A stretch of 61,936 nucleotides of DNA, the filler included. It is 6 parts of 6 records of this genome, joined end to end, with 100 filler letters (N's around TTAATTAATTAA, not from the genome) between each part and the next. Parts side by side here need not be neighbours in the genome. Positions count along the whole stretch, not along the records: positions 1 to 8,060 come from SRR31156797_9909; positions 8,161 to 15,584 come from SRR31156797_9910; 4 more parts are not named here. One strand, 5' to 3'. The notes below the pieces were generated by a model that was not told the origin of the DNA, made no database searches, and saw only the letters and a list, made by a program, of their open reading frames with translations. The position numbers and the translations under genes were made by a program. Below, piece after piece: positions 1-9,537 of this stretch; position 1 is the first letter of the stretch; every line of letters begins with the position of its first letter.

Positions 1-1
1 C

Positions 2-1834
2 AGTAGCGATAATTGTAACATTCATTCAGAAAAGTTATCAAAATCAGAATTCGATTGTTCTGACACCGCAACTGTTCAACAAGTTAGTTTAACAGCAACA
101 GACCAAAGCGGCAATCAGGTTACAATGTATTCAAATGTTACGATTGAAGCAGAGTACTGTTCATATGCTTTATCTAAAACAAGCCAGAACTTTAATGCAG
201 AAAGTCAAACAGGTTCATTTAACGTAATCTCAGAAACTGGTTGCAACTGGGAAGCCATTAGTAGTTGTGGGTGGATTTCAATAAGCTCAGGCAATAGTGG
301 TTCGGGCAACGGAACCGTACAATTTAAGCTTCAAAGTAACGAATCTCTGGAATCAAGGACATGCAATATTCTTGTGGCAGGCGAAACTTTTAAAATTACC
401 CAATATGGTATAGATTGTACTTACTCCCTTAATAAATTGAAACAAGATTTCGACGACAATGGCGGAAAAGGGTCTGTAACTGTAAATACTCACTCTGTGT
501 GCGAATGGAATGCTAATAGTTCTTGCGACTGGGTAAGCCTTGAGACTACTACCGGAAAAGGAACACAGTCCATTTCATTTAATGTAGATCCAAACACAGA
601 ATTACAAGACAGAAGCTGTTTAATAACAATAAGTGGAAAGCTTTTTACTGTAACTCAAAAGGCTATGCAAAGAACTGAGGCCGATATTATTTCATTTTCG
701 ATTGAAGGGCAAGTTGGTGAAACGATCTTGAAAGACTCAACTATAGTTGTAAATATGTCATACAAAACCGATTTAAGCCGATTGGTTCCAAAAATTACTG
801 TTTCTCCGGGAGCGACAATTAGTCCAAATTCAGGTATTGAAACGAATTTTTCAGATCCGGTTAGTTACCTGGTTACTTCTGAGGATGGTGCCAATACAAA
901 AATATGGACTGCAAACATTTCCGACCTACCTTATATTTACAGTTCAGATACTGTTGTTATTAACGAACTGCTAATGATATTTCCTGAACTTGACTCACTA
1001 AATTATGAAGAATATATTGACGTTGTTGAAGGATTAATCGTTGGTTTAAATCTTTCAAATTTAAATCTATATGGAAGTTTACCAGACATCCTTTGGCAAC
1101 TTGATTCTCTTAAATATTTAGATATTTCGAACAACAATTTGTCGGGTTGGTTACCCAATATATTTGGAAGAATTGATCAGAATCTAAAAGATGCGCTGAT
1201 TGAAGATAAATTAACGCTTGAATATTTAGATATATCTAATAACCGGTTTGTTTTCAGTGATATCGAAGACACCTGGGAAAACCTAATCAAGATACAGGAA
1301 TTTAAATATTCGCCACAAGCATACATCGGAAAAGAAATAGACACAACAATCGCTAATGGCTCTGATTGTTTATTGGAAATTGAAGGATACACTGCCGAAA
1401 TGCATGACCAGTACCAGTGGTTCAAAAATGGGACTGCATTAAATGAATCAAACTCTGTAACACTTGAATTTGAAAAGATAACTTACGCCGACAGTGGAAC
1501 GTATACTTGCCAAATAATAAACACCTTGGTAACCGGACTAACGCTTCATTCAAAACCAATCACAATATCTGTTTCAACACCAGTCGGAATTAGTGAGCAA
1601 CAAAAAGCAATGTTGAAGATTTATCCTAATCCGGCTTCAGCTAAGGTGATGATTGAAACGGGCATAAACAGACCTGTTTTGTTAAGCATTTTAAATATTG
1701 AGGGCAAACAGCAAATTCAGGTCAAAGAATTTACCACAAGCGAAATAGACATAAGTAACCTGGCAAAAGGAGTTTATTTAATCAGGATTGCTGATAAAAA
1801 TAATATTGTCACCAAACGGCTAATTGTTAAGTAG
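2..1834 (+). CDS. T9SS-secreted multidomain protein, 5' truncated (HYR-like repeat, 2x BACON, DUF5018-like, LRR, Ig-like, T9SS type A C-terminal domain)
   Basis: Frame is open from base 2 (SSDNCNIHSEKLSKSEFDCSD...LTATDQSGNQ), upstream of the ORF-track start at 125. Two CxW...WI/V...GxG...N...R BACON-like repeats, LRR LxxLDISNNxL, Ig YQWFKNG...DSGTYTC and C-terminal IYPNP...GVYLIRI...KRLIVK. Confidence 0.85.
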   Translation, partial: SSDNCNIHSEKLSKSEFDCSDTATVQQVSLTATDQSGNQVTMYSNVTIEAEYCSYALSKTSQNFNAESQTGSFNVISETGCNWEAISSCGWISISSGNSGSGNGTVQFKLQSNESLESRTCNILVAGETFKITQYGIDCTYSLNKLKQDFDDNGGKGSVTVNTHSVCEWNANSSCDWVSLETTTGKGTQSISFNVDPNTELQDRSCLITISGKLFTVTQKAMQRTEADIISFSIEGQVGETILKDSTIVVNMSYKTDLSRLVPKITVSPGATISPNSGIETNFSDPVSYLVTSEDGANTKIWTANISDLPYIYSSDTVVINELLMIFPELDSLNYEEYIDVVEGLIVGLNLSNLNLYGSLPDILWQLDSLKYLDISNNNLSGWLPNIFGRIDQNLKDALIEDKLTLEYLDISNNRFVFSDIEDTWENLIKIQEFKYSPQAYIGKEIDTTIANGSDCLLEIEGYTAEMHDQYQWFKNGTALNESNSVTLEFEKITYADSGTYTCQIINTLVTGLTLHSKPITISVSTPVGISEQQKAMLKIYPNPASAKVMIETGINRPVLLSILNIEGKQQIQVKEFTTSEIDISNLAKGVYLIRIADKNNIVTKRLIVK

Positions 1835-1908
1835 TAATACAAGTACCATAGCTCTAGCATCCTGCTTTTACAGTACGGTGCTTTTATTGTAAATCTCTTT
1901 ACGGGCAT

Positions 1909-1946
1909 AAAAAAAGCGTTTTGGTGTTCCAAAACGCTTTTTTTTT
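1909..1946. terminator. Bidirectional intrinsic terminator
   Basis: A-tract-GCGTTTTGG-tgtt-CCAAAACGC-T-tract between convergent genes. Confidence 0.9.
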
Positions 1947-1964
1947 ATTTAATAAAACCTATTC

Positions 1965-2810
1965 TTACTGAACAGCTTTACAAGCTTCAATTAGTTTTGT
2001 AGCATTCGCATTAGATGGATCCAATGCAGCAGCTTTTTCCAATACTACCAATGCAGCGGCAAATTCAGTTTTTGCTTTTGCTACTTCAGCATTATATGCA
2101 TCGTCAGCAGTAGAAAGTGCTCCATCGTTAACTTTCTGGTTAGCAGCACTCAAAATACCTGCGCCCTTTTTGTAAAGTCCATTCCCTTCTGATACGTATA
2201 CTTTTGAAAGTGCTTTGCTCAATTTTTTATCACCTGCAAATTTTTCAACACCCTCTTCCAAAGTAGTTTTATAAGCTTCAGTATCTTTCATTCTTTTATA
2301 AACAGCAGCTTTGTAATATTGAGCTCCTTCTGCTTTGTAACCTCCTTCAACAGCTTTACCAAAAAACTCAATTGCTTTTTCATTCAATTTCCCCTGGTAA
2401 GCAGCAATACCTGCATTGTATACCAAAGCAGTGTTAGATGCATCGGCAGCAATTGCTTTCTCATAAGTAGCAACAGCATTGGCATAATCTTTCATTTTAC
2501 TATAAGAACGAGCCTGATAGTCCAAAGCTTTACCTTTATTCGCATCTGCCACAATGGCTTTGTCGAAATAACCTACAGCTTTTTCATAATTCTTACTATT
2601 ATATGCCGCTAATCCAATATTATAGTTTATCGCATCCGGAACCTGAACATCGCCAAGGTTACCCATTGCAGATTCATACAATTCAAAAGCTTTTGCATAA
2701 TCTTTTGATTTCATAGCCTCGTTGGCCTGATTAATTTTTTCAGCTGCATCCTGTGCAAATGTCGCTACCGCCAAACACACTGCAACTGCTAATAATACTA
2801 CTCTTTTCAT
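1965..2810 (-). CDS. Exported tetratricopeptide repeat protein
   Basis: Signal peptide MKRVVLLAVAVCLAVATFAQ (start 2810 preferred over 2858) and repeated YxxAxxxYEKAI TPR helices. Confidence 0.85.
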   Translation of the reverse strand: MKRVVLLAVAVCLAVATFAQDAAEKINQANEAMKSKDYAKAFELYESAMGNLGDVQVPDAINYNIGLAAYNSKNYEKAVGYFDKAIVADANKGKALDYQARSYSKMKDYANAVATYEKAIAADASNTALVYNAGIAAYQGKLNEKAIEFFGKAVEGGYKAEGAQYYKAAVYKRMKDTEAYKTTLEEGVEKFAGDKKLSKALSKVYVSEGNGLYKKGAGILSAANQKVNDGALSTADDAYNAEVAKAKTEFAAALVVLEKAAALDPSNANATKLIEACKAVQ

Positions 2811-2877
2811 CTTTTCAACTACTTTTAATTTTTTATAAATTTGATTTGAACTTTTCAACGTTTTTTTAGATCAGCCC

Positions 2878-2885
2878 CAAAAATA
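2878..2885 (-). promoter_or_regulatory. Bacteroidota sigma-A -7 element (TAnnTTTG)
   Basis: TATTTTTG on the minus strand upstream of the TPR gene. Confidence 0.6.
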
Positions 2886-3018
2886 GCAATTCTCAACTAA
2901 AATCCTAAAATCCAGTCATTAAGATTATTGACCAATTCTCGAATCTAATAAATATCAATTATCTTGCCAGATATTTACACCTTTATAAACACACTACAAA
3001 CAACTGTAGTTCAAATCT

Positions 3019-3297
3019 CTATGGATTAAACATATCCGGGTTCCAAAAATTCAGGATATTCTGAATAAGTTCAAGATTATGTTTAGCCACGGAATTCTCT
3101 GGGTTTAGCGCCAACACCTTATTATAAGCATTAATAGCATCTCCCCAATTCTGAAATTTGTGCTCAATCCTTCCTCTCAAAAAATGATAATTTTCGGTTT
3201 CATCCGGAACCAATTTTTCAAAAGCACTTCTAGCTTCCTCTGCCCTTTCCTCATTAAGAAGATCTTCTATCTCTTTTATACTATCTGTGTTATTCAT
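3019..3297 (-). CDS. Small TPR protein
   Basis: HFLRGRIEHKFQNWGDAINAYNKVLALNPEN is a canonical TPR. It lies 3 bp downstream of the RSH gene. Confidence 0.8.
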   Translation of the reverse strand: MNNTDSIKEIEDLLNEERAEEARSAFEKLVPDETENYHFLRGRIEHKFQNWGDAINAYNKVLALNPENSVAKHNLELIQNILNFWNPDMFNP

Positions 3298-3300
3298 CTT

Positions 3301-5490
3301 TTATAGTTCACCGCGACTAACCGAAATTATACCTTTCACTTTTTTGAGTTTATGAATAAGAAATTCAAGATGATCAAGGTTATAAACCGAAATCTGCAAT
3401 TTCCCTTCAAAGTTTCCCTTATCCGAGTCAATATTAATAGACCGCATTTGTGTTCCAATATCTTTGGCTATAATATGGGTAATCTCTGAAACAATTCCGG
3501 CTTCGTTGGTACCCGAGATATGAAGCGTAGTTATAAAAGAACTTTTTGTGCTGGAATCTTTCCACAATGCCCGAATAATACGGTATGGAAAACGCTCCTT
3601 CATTTGTGGTGCATTCGGACATTGTGAACGATGAATTTTAATGCCCTCGTTAATTGTAACAAAACCAAATATATCATCGCCAAAAACGGGATTACAACAA
3701 GGGGCCAATTTGTAATTTACGTTCTTCAAATTATTATCAATTACTAAAAAATCATCACCTCCGTCGTACGCCAGGTTTTTAACTTCTTTTTTCGGTAAAA
3801 GTTCTTCTATTGTTCTTTTAGCAGTTTGTGTTTCTTCTTTTTCAACAAATATCGATTTTACTTCAAGCGGATCAATCTTACCACTGGCAATATCGTAATA
3901 GAAATCAACGGCAAGCTTAAAGCCGAAATGTTTTAACATTTTACGAATGGCATCGTCGTTCAAATCCATTTTCCAGTTTTTGAACTTGCGTAACAAAATC
4001 TCGCGACCATCAGCTGCTTGCTTATTTCTTTCTTCATTCAAACTGGCCTTTACCCTGTTTTTGGCTTTTGAAGTAACCACAAAATCAAGCCAATCCATTT
4101 TCGGTTTTTGGTTGTTTGAAGTATCAATAGAAATCTGATCGCCGTTTTTTAATTTGTACTTTAAGGTTACCTTCTTTCCATTAACCTGACCACCAATACA
4201 AGTATCTCCCAATTTGGAGTGAATTTCATAAGCAAAATCCAACAAGGTAGCTCCCTGCGATAGCTTTTTCAAGTCACCTTTTGGCGTAAATACAAATATT
4301 TCATCACTGTAAACATCTGTATTAAAATGATCGATAAAATCAACTACATTAATGCTTGGATTCTCTAAAATATCCCGAATACCGGCCAACCAGGAATCAA
4401 AACCGGATTCTTTCCCGCCCTTATATTTCCAGTGGGCGGCCAAACCTTTTTCTGCAACCTCATCCATACGTTTGGTTCTGATCTGAATCTCAACCCATTT
4501 GCGATGTGGTCCCATTACTGTTGTATGCAACGATTCATAACCGTTCGATTTTGGAATGGTAATCCAATCGCGCAAACGATTTGGATTTGTTTGATATTCT
4601 TCTGTTACAAAAGAATAGGCAGTCCAGCAATCTGCTTTTTCATTTTCTGGTTCCGAATCCAAAATAACGCGGATGGCAAACAAATCCATTACCTGGTCAA
4701 AAGAAACATTCTTTTTCTGCATTTTTGCATTTATGGAGGAGATGGATTTGGTACGTGCTTTCATTGAAAACTTTAGTCCCCTGTCACTTAGCTTTTTTTC
4801 AATTGGCTTTACAAATTCTGCAACAAAACCGGATCGTTCTTTTTCTGTTTCTCTTAAACGGTTAACTACATAATTATATTGATCTGGTTTTTGACTTTTC
4901 AATATAATATCCTGCATTTCTGAATTAATAACATATAATCCTAAACGATGTGCTAATGGTGCATACAAGTATTGAGTCTCTGTTACTAATTTGGCCTGGT
5001 TCTCAAGAGAATATGCATCGAGATTTCGCATCACCTGCAGACGATCGGCAATTTTTATTAAAATTACCCGCACATCTCCAGCCAGTGCCAACATCAGTTT
5101 TCTGTAATTTTCCGAATGCAGATCAATGGTATCCGTCCCAAGGGCATTAATTTTAGCCATTCCCTGAAGTATGGATAAAATATGACTGCCAAATCTTTGA
5201 CCAATTTCTTCATGTGTAGGATTTCTTTCCAATCCTGCATACATCACGTTATGCAATAATCCGGTAATAACCGAATCAGGCTCAAGGCCAATCTCCATTG
5301 CGACAATTGAAGCAACTTCCAACGAATGACTTAGAATTACTTCGTCGTGTTGAAATTTTGTTTCTCCTAATACCGAACGAGCAAATTTAAAGGCATTTTC
5401 AAGTTTAATCGAAGCTGAATCATCCCAGGTTAGTTGACAAAACTCTTTTAAATGATCATATCTGGTTAATATTTGTTCTTTGGCTTCCAT
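3301..5490 (-). CDS. relA: Long RelA/SpoT homolog, (p)ppGpp synthetase with degenerate hydrolase motif
   Basis: KIADRLQVMR, YAPLAHRLG, PKSNGYESLHTTV, EIQIRT, AAHWKYK, TGS (FTPKG..DFAYEIHS), CC and ACT domains. HD site reads LLHNV. Confidence 0.93.
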   Translation of the reverse strand: MEAKEQILTRYDHLKEFCQLTWDDSASIKLENAFKFARSVLGETKFQHDEVILSHSLEVASIVAMEIGLEPDSVITGLLHNVMYAGLERNPTHEEIGQRFGSHILSILQGMAKINALGTDTIDLHSENYRKLMLALAGDVRVILIKIADRLQVMRNLDAYSLENQAKLVTETQYLYAPLAHRLGLYVINSEMQDIILKSQKPDQYNYVVNRLRETEKERSGFVAEFVKPIEKKLSDRGLKFSMKARTKSISSINAKMQKKNVSFDQVMDLFAIRVILDSEPENEKADCWTAYSFVTEEYQTNPNRLRDWITIPKSNGYESLHTTVMGPHRKWVEIQIRTKRMDEVAEKGLAAHWKYKGGKESGFDSWLAGIRDILENPSINVVDFIDHFNTDVYSDEIFVFTPKGDLKKLSQGATLLDFAYEIHSKLGDTCIGGQVNGKKVTLKYKLKNGDQISIDTSNNQKPKMDWLDFVVTSKAKNRVKASLNEERNKQAADGREILLRKFKNWKMDLNDDAIRKMLKHFGFKLAVDFYYDIASGKIDPLEVKSIFVEKEETQTAKRTIEELLPKKEVKNLAYDGGDDFLVIDNNLKNVNYKLAPCCNPVFGDDIFGFVTINEGIKIHRSQCPNAPQMKERFPYRIIRALWKDSSTKSSFITTLHISGTNEAGIVSEITHIIAKDIGTQMRSINIDSDKGNFEGKLQISVYNLDHLEFLIHKLKKVKGIISVSRGEL

Positions 5491-5503
5491 ATTTATGCAA
5501 AAT

Positions 5504-5532
5504 AAAAAAGGCTGCTTATAAAGCAGCCTTTT
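5504..5532 (-). terminator. Intrinsic terminator after ferritin
   Basis: AAAAGGCTGCTT-tat-AAGCAGCCTTTT followed by T-tract on the minus strand. Confidence 0.8.
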
Positions 5533-5551
5533 ATCAATATCTATTTAATAC

Positions 5552-6064
5552 TTATTCGGCTGCAGTCTGATCAACGAAGGTACGATTACGCATTTCACGA
5601 TCCAACATAAAGATACCGTTCCCCTGCCCATTTATCAATTTAAGTGTATCAAGTATCTCTGTTACAGTTGCTTCTTCTTCCACTTGTTCATCGACAAACC
5701 AGCGCAAAAAACTTTGCGTAGCATGGTCTTTTTCTTCAATTGCTACTTCCATTAATTCATTTATTAAACCAGTAACATGTTGTTCGTGCATTAAAGTAGC
5801 CCGGTATACATCAATTACTCCTTCCCACGAAACAGGAACTTGTTCTATTGCCTTTAACTCCACTTTTCCTCCACGCTCAACCACATAGTTATAAAACTTA
5901 TTGGCATGACTTAACTCTTCCTGGTACTGCACATACATCCAGTTAGCAAATCCAGGCAATCCCAGATCGTTTAAATAAGCCGACATGGATAAATATAATA
6001 ATGAAGAATATTGCTCTGCATTAATTTGAGCATTAAGTGCTTTTAGCATTTTTTCTTTAAGCAT
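5552..6064 (-). CDS. ftnA: Non-heme ferritin
   Basis: LNAQINAEQYSSLLYLSMS, QEELSHA, HEQHVT, FLRWFVDEQVEEE ferroxidase motifs. Confidence 0.95.
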   Translation of the reverse strand: MLKEKMLKALNAQINAEQYSSLLYLSMSAYLNDLGLPGFANWMYVQYQEELSHANKFYNYVVERGGKVELKAIEQVPVSWEGVIDVYRATLMHEQHVTGLINELMEVAIEEKDHATQSFLRWFVDEQVEEEATVTEILDTLKLINGQGNGIFMLDREMRNRTFVDQTAAE

Positions 6065-6120
6065 AACTTTCGCGTTTTTGTATTTTTCTGCGTTAAAAGT
6101 AGGAAAAAGCCTACAATTAT

Positions 6121-6200
6121 AAAAAAGAAAGACCTGCTTACAGGTCTTTCTTAACTAATTAAAAATCGAATGTTGCTAGAGAATTACCAACAGTATGTTA
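6121..6200 (-). ncRNA. Candidate ~80-nt sRNA ending in an orphan intrinsic terminator
   Basis: 12-bp perfect stem (6125-6152) plus U-tract on the minus strand between divergent genes, with no upstream ORF to terminate. It is preceded by a U-rich stretch and a small 5' hairpin. Confidence 0.45.
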
Positions 6201-6410
6201 TCAATACAATTATGTCGGTTAAAAACAAACACACTACAATCAATTTTAATGTTATTCAATCCGCTATTAATAAGTTGAATACTGTAGCAATTCTACTATC
6301 TGTTTTTAATCCAAATAAAAAGAACAAAACCCTCAATTAACAAATACTTTACAAAAAGGTTCGAACAAGCAATAATAATATTCGAATAACTTCGAGGGAG
6401 CATAAATTTC

Positions 6411-6418
6411 TATCTTTG
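6411..6418 (+). promoter_or_regulatory. Bacteroidota sigma-A -7 element
   Basis: TATCTTTG 41 nt upstream of the ATG at 6460. Confidence 0.7.
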
Positions 6419-6459
6419 CGTTCCTGAAATTAGAAGCCGATTATAAAATCCGAATAAGC

Positions 6460-7767
6460 ATGAAGAATATAAAATTCATTTCAGCTGCTGAAGCAGTAAA
6501 AGTTATTAAATCAAACGACCGTGTTCACCTTCACAGTGTAGCTGTTACACCTCACCCGCTTATTGAAGCAATGGTTGAAAGAGGTAAAAACAAAGAGTTT
6601 CGTAATGTACGCGTACAGCATATTCACACTGAAGGTGCAGTTGGATATGCTGACAAAGAATTGGAGGGAATCTTTCAACTGGAATCATTTTTTGTTGGTG
6701 CAAACGTAAGAAAACAAACACAAGCAGGTTACGCAGATTATATTCCTGTTTTTCTTCAGGAAACCCAACGATTAATTCGCGAAGGTTACTTAAAAGTAAA
6801 TGTTGCAATGGTTCAGGTTTGTCCTCCAGACAAACATGGTTATGTTTCGCTGGGAACTTCGGTTGATGCAACCTTGGCAGCAATTGAACATGCTGATACG
6901 GTAATTGCAATCGTTAATCCAAATGTACCTCGTGCATTTGGTGATGCAATGATTAAAATCGATGACATTGATCTTTTTGTTGAAGATGATAGTCCGCTTT
7001 ACGCTCCGGCACCAGGTGCAATAAACGAAACCGACCGTAAAATTGGACGTTTCGTAGCTGAATTAGTTGAAGACGGTGCTACACTTCAAATGGGTATTGG
7101 TGCGATTCCAAATGCAGTACTAAGCATGCTGGGCAACCACAAAGACCTTGGCGTTCACTCAGAAATGTTTGCAGACGGTATTCTTCCGTTGGTTGACAAA
7201 GGTGTTGTAAACGGCAAAAACAAAAGCATTGATAGAGGAAAAATGGTTGCAACCTTTTTAATGGGTTCAAAAAATCTATATAACTTCATTGATGATAATC
7301 CTGGTGTTTTAATGCAAGATGTAAAATACACCAACCGTGTTAATATTATAGCTAAAAATCCAAAAGTAACTGCTATTAACTCTGCATTACAAATCGACAT
7401 CACTGGCCAGGTTTGTGCCGACTCAATTGGAACCACTCACTACTCAGGTGTTGGTGGTCAAATCGACTTCTTACGCGGTGCATCTTTAAGTAAAGGTGGG
7501 AAACCTATTTTGGCCATGCCATCAATTACAGCTAAAGGTATTAGTAAAATTGCTCCAATATTAACTCCAGGTGCAGGTGTTGTTAGTACACGTGCAAATA
7601 TTCACTGGGTTGTTACCGAGTTTGGTGCAGTTAACTTATATGGAAGAACAATGCAAGACAGAGCAAAATTACTGATCTCCATTGCACATCCTGATCATCA
7701 GGAAACATTGGACAAAAGCGCATTTGATCGCTTCGGTCCCCACTTCCATTTTGTATGGGACGAATAA
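6460..7767 (+). CDS. Acetyl-CoA hydrolase/transferase (4-hydroxybutyrate CoA-transferase family)
   Basis: GATLQMGIGAIPNA, LGVHSEM, INSALQIDITGQVCADSIG, SGVGGQIDF, VVTEFG motifs. Confidence 0.92.
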   Translation: MKNIKFISAAEAVKVIKSNDRVHLHSVAVTPHPLIEAMVERGKNKEFRNVRVQHIHTEGAVGYADKELEGIFQLESFFVGANVRKQTQAGYADYIPVFLQETQRLIREGYLKVNVAMVQVCPPDKHGYVSLGTSVDATLAAIEHADTVIAIVNPNVPRAFGDAMIKIDDIDLFVEDDSPLYAPAPGAINETDRKIGRFVAELVEDGATLQMGIGAIPNAVLSMLGNHKDLGVHSEMFADGILPLVDKGVVNGKNKSIDRGKMVATFLMGSKNLYNFIDDNPGVLMQDVKYTNRVNIIAKNPKVTAINSALQIDITGQVCADSIGTTHYSGVGGQIDFLRGASLSKGGKPILAMPSITAKGISKIAPILTPGAGVVSTRANIHWVVTEFGAVNLYGRTMQDRAKLLISIAHPDHQETLDKSAFDRFGPHFHFVWDE

Positions 7768-7780
7768 AATAACAAATAAT

Positions 7781-7812
7781 AAAAAAAAGCAGACTAAAGT
7801 CTGCTTTTTTTT
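7781..7812 (+). terminator. Intrinsic terminator
   Basis: A8-GCAGACT-a-AAGTCTGC-T8 after the CoA transferase gene. Confidence 0.88.
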
Positions 7813-7934
7813 ATTCAGGCACTAGCTAAACTTACAAAAATGAAATAAAACTGTTCGAATATTAACTATTTATAAATTCAATGATCAAAAAATAATCTTT
7901 TTGAATTTTGGCAAAAACAAATTACGAATAACGA

Positions 7935-8060
7935 TAACTTTGTTGCACATCAAAAATTTGACTATTAATATTATATAACCATTCTAAATAAGTCGAAAGG
8001 AGGTTCATTTTGCAGTTGTTTGAGGTAAAACGGCTTTTTTATTTCTTCTCATTTAGAATA
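7935..8060 (+). promoter_or_regulatory. Bacteroidota -7 promoter element and long 5' leader of a gene lost at the contig end
   Basis: TAACTTTG at 7935-7942 followed by more than 110 nt with no ATG. Confidence 0.5.
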
Positions 8061-8160
8061 NNNNNNNNNNNNNNNNNNNNNNNNNNNNNNNNNNNNNNNN
8101 NNNNTTAATTAATTAANNNNNNNNNNNNNNNNNNNNNNNNNNNNNNNNNNNNNNNNNNNN
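8061..8160. other. Artificial contig-joining spacer
   Basis: N44-TTAATTAATTAA-N44, stops in all six frames. Confidence 0.99.
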
Positions 8161-9442
8161 TACCGCCCTTGTTAACAAGATCGCCTTTGAAATTATCAAC
8201 TGACAGGCGGCCTCCGGTGAAACTGAATTTACCACCGTTAAAGAGAGTAATTTGGGGGGTCGACAATGATCCGCGTTGTAGAGAGTACTCCCCGGTGATG
8301 TTAAGGGAGCGACCGACATGATTTGATCCGCCAGATTGGCCGAAATAACTTTGAGACGAAATGGCTAACTGTGTTTCCACCAAAAGTGATCCGTTAAACA
8401 GATAGTAACGCCCACTTCCAATAATGCCAAGTTCGATACCATAGGCTCGATGGATTCCTCCACTATGCCAGAATTCACCAATTCCTTGACAACCGATCCA
8501 TTCTATTCCATCCACCGATAGTTCGCCGTCAAATATCTGATAAAAAGCATGGACAACCCCTGTTGCGTCTCCGAGAATAAGATTGCCCTTAATGTGATGC
8601 GATGATCCGCCAGTTTGCACGAAGCCTCCGTTTCTGACCACTACATCCCTTCCCACTAAAAGGCTGCCGCCTTTCAAAACAAAGGAATTACTTCCACTGG
8701 CTCCGAGGGTAAGAGAGTTCTTCACCTCATGGGTTCCGCCGTATTGATAGAAGTCGCCACTACCGTCCCCGCCGACCGTTTCGTTTCCCACCGACAGACT
8801 GCCGTTGTACAGTTTGTAGGTCCCAGTACCAGTAGAAGCGTTGCCTAACGTAAGGTAATCGGTAGTATGAGCACCTCCATGTTGTTCGAACTCGCCATTG
8901 CCCTCATAGCCGATATAGGTTGTACCGCTGGTGGTAAGGGCGCCGGCGCCGCTGAGATGGTACTGGCCGGTGTTACCATTTCTATAACCAAGGTATTGAT
9001 TTTCTGAGATTCTATGTTGGCCGCCCATTTGAACAACCGCGCCTCTGCCGGCAGGGTCGTCATCTGATCCGATATATTCATTTATTACGGTAAGTTTGTA
9101 TTCAACCTGGTATAAAACCGTTGTACCCTCAGCGCTCGAATGAGTGTTTATATGCAGCGAATTAAGCGGGGGATCATAATTGGGGTTTATATAAAAGACT
9201 TTTTTGGGGCCTGAATGAAAAATTGTATCCACGATATAGACATCATCTCCTGCATCGGGATAGTCCCACCACTCCCAATTTCCACGCTCTTTCCATTCAC
9301 CGTCCCCCGTGATCCATGTGGACGCCGGTGCCGAAGATGAGACGAAAAAGAGGAGGCACAAGATAACCGCCGCGCACCGCGCGACAACCTTTGCCGGATG
9401 GCTTACCCGCCACGGGTTAAGTAGACTTTTTTTTACGAGCAT
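8161..9442 (-). CDS. Secreted glycine-rich tandem-repeat (beta-solenoid-like) protein, 3' truncated, possibly PEP-CTERM type
   Basis: Hydrophobic signal (AAVILCLLFFVSSSAPA) and ~45-aa repeats GxxGxGxFxQxGGxHxVxxxLxLG...GxYxLxxGxL. The ORF runs into the spacer, so no sorting signal is visible. Confidence 0.7.
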
Positions 9443-9537
9443 GACCCTTACTCCCCGGTTTTTACCTGTAAACGTTTTATATGAGATAAAAATTCTTCCC
9501 CTTGTCCCCTCAAAAATAAAATATTCAGGTAATAAGC

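Noticed and set aside
8105..8116. TTAATTAATTAA palindrome repeated five times
   Set aside because: Always centred in N-runs. It is an assembly linker, not a biological repeat or CRISPR.
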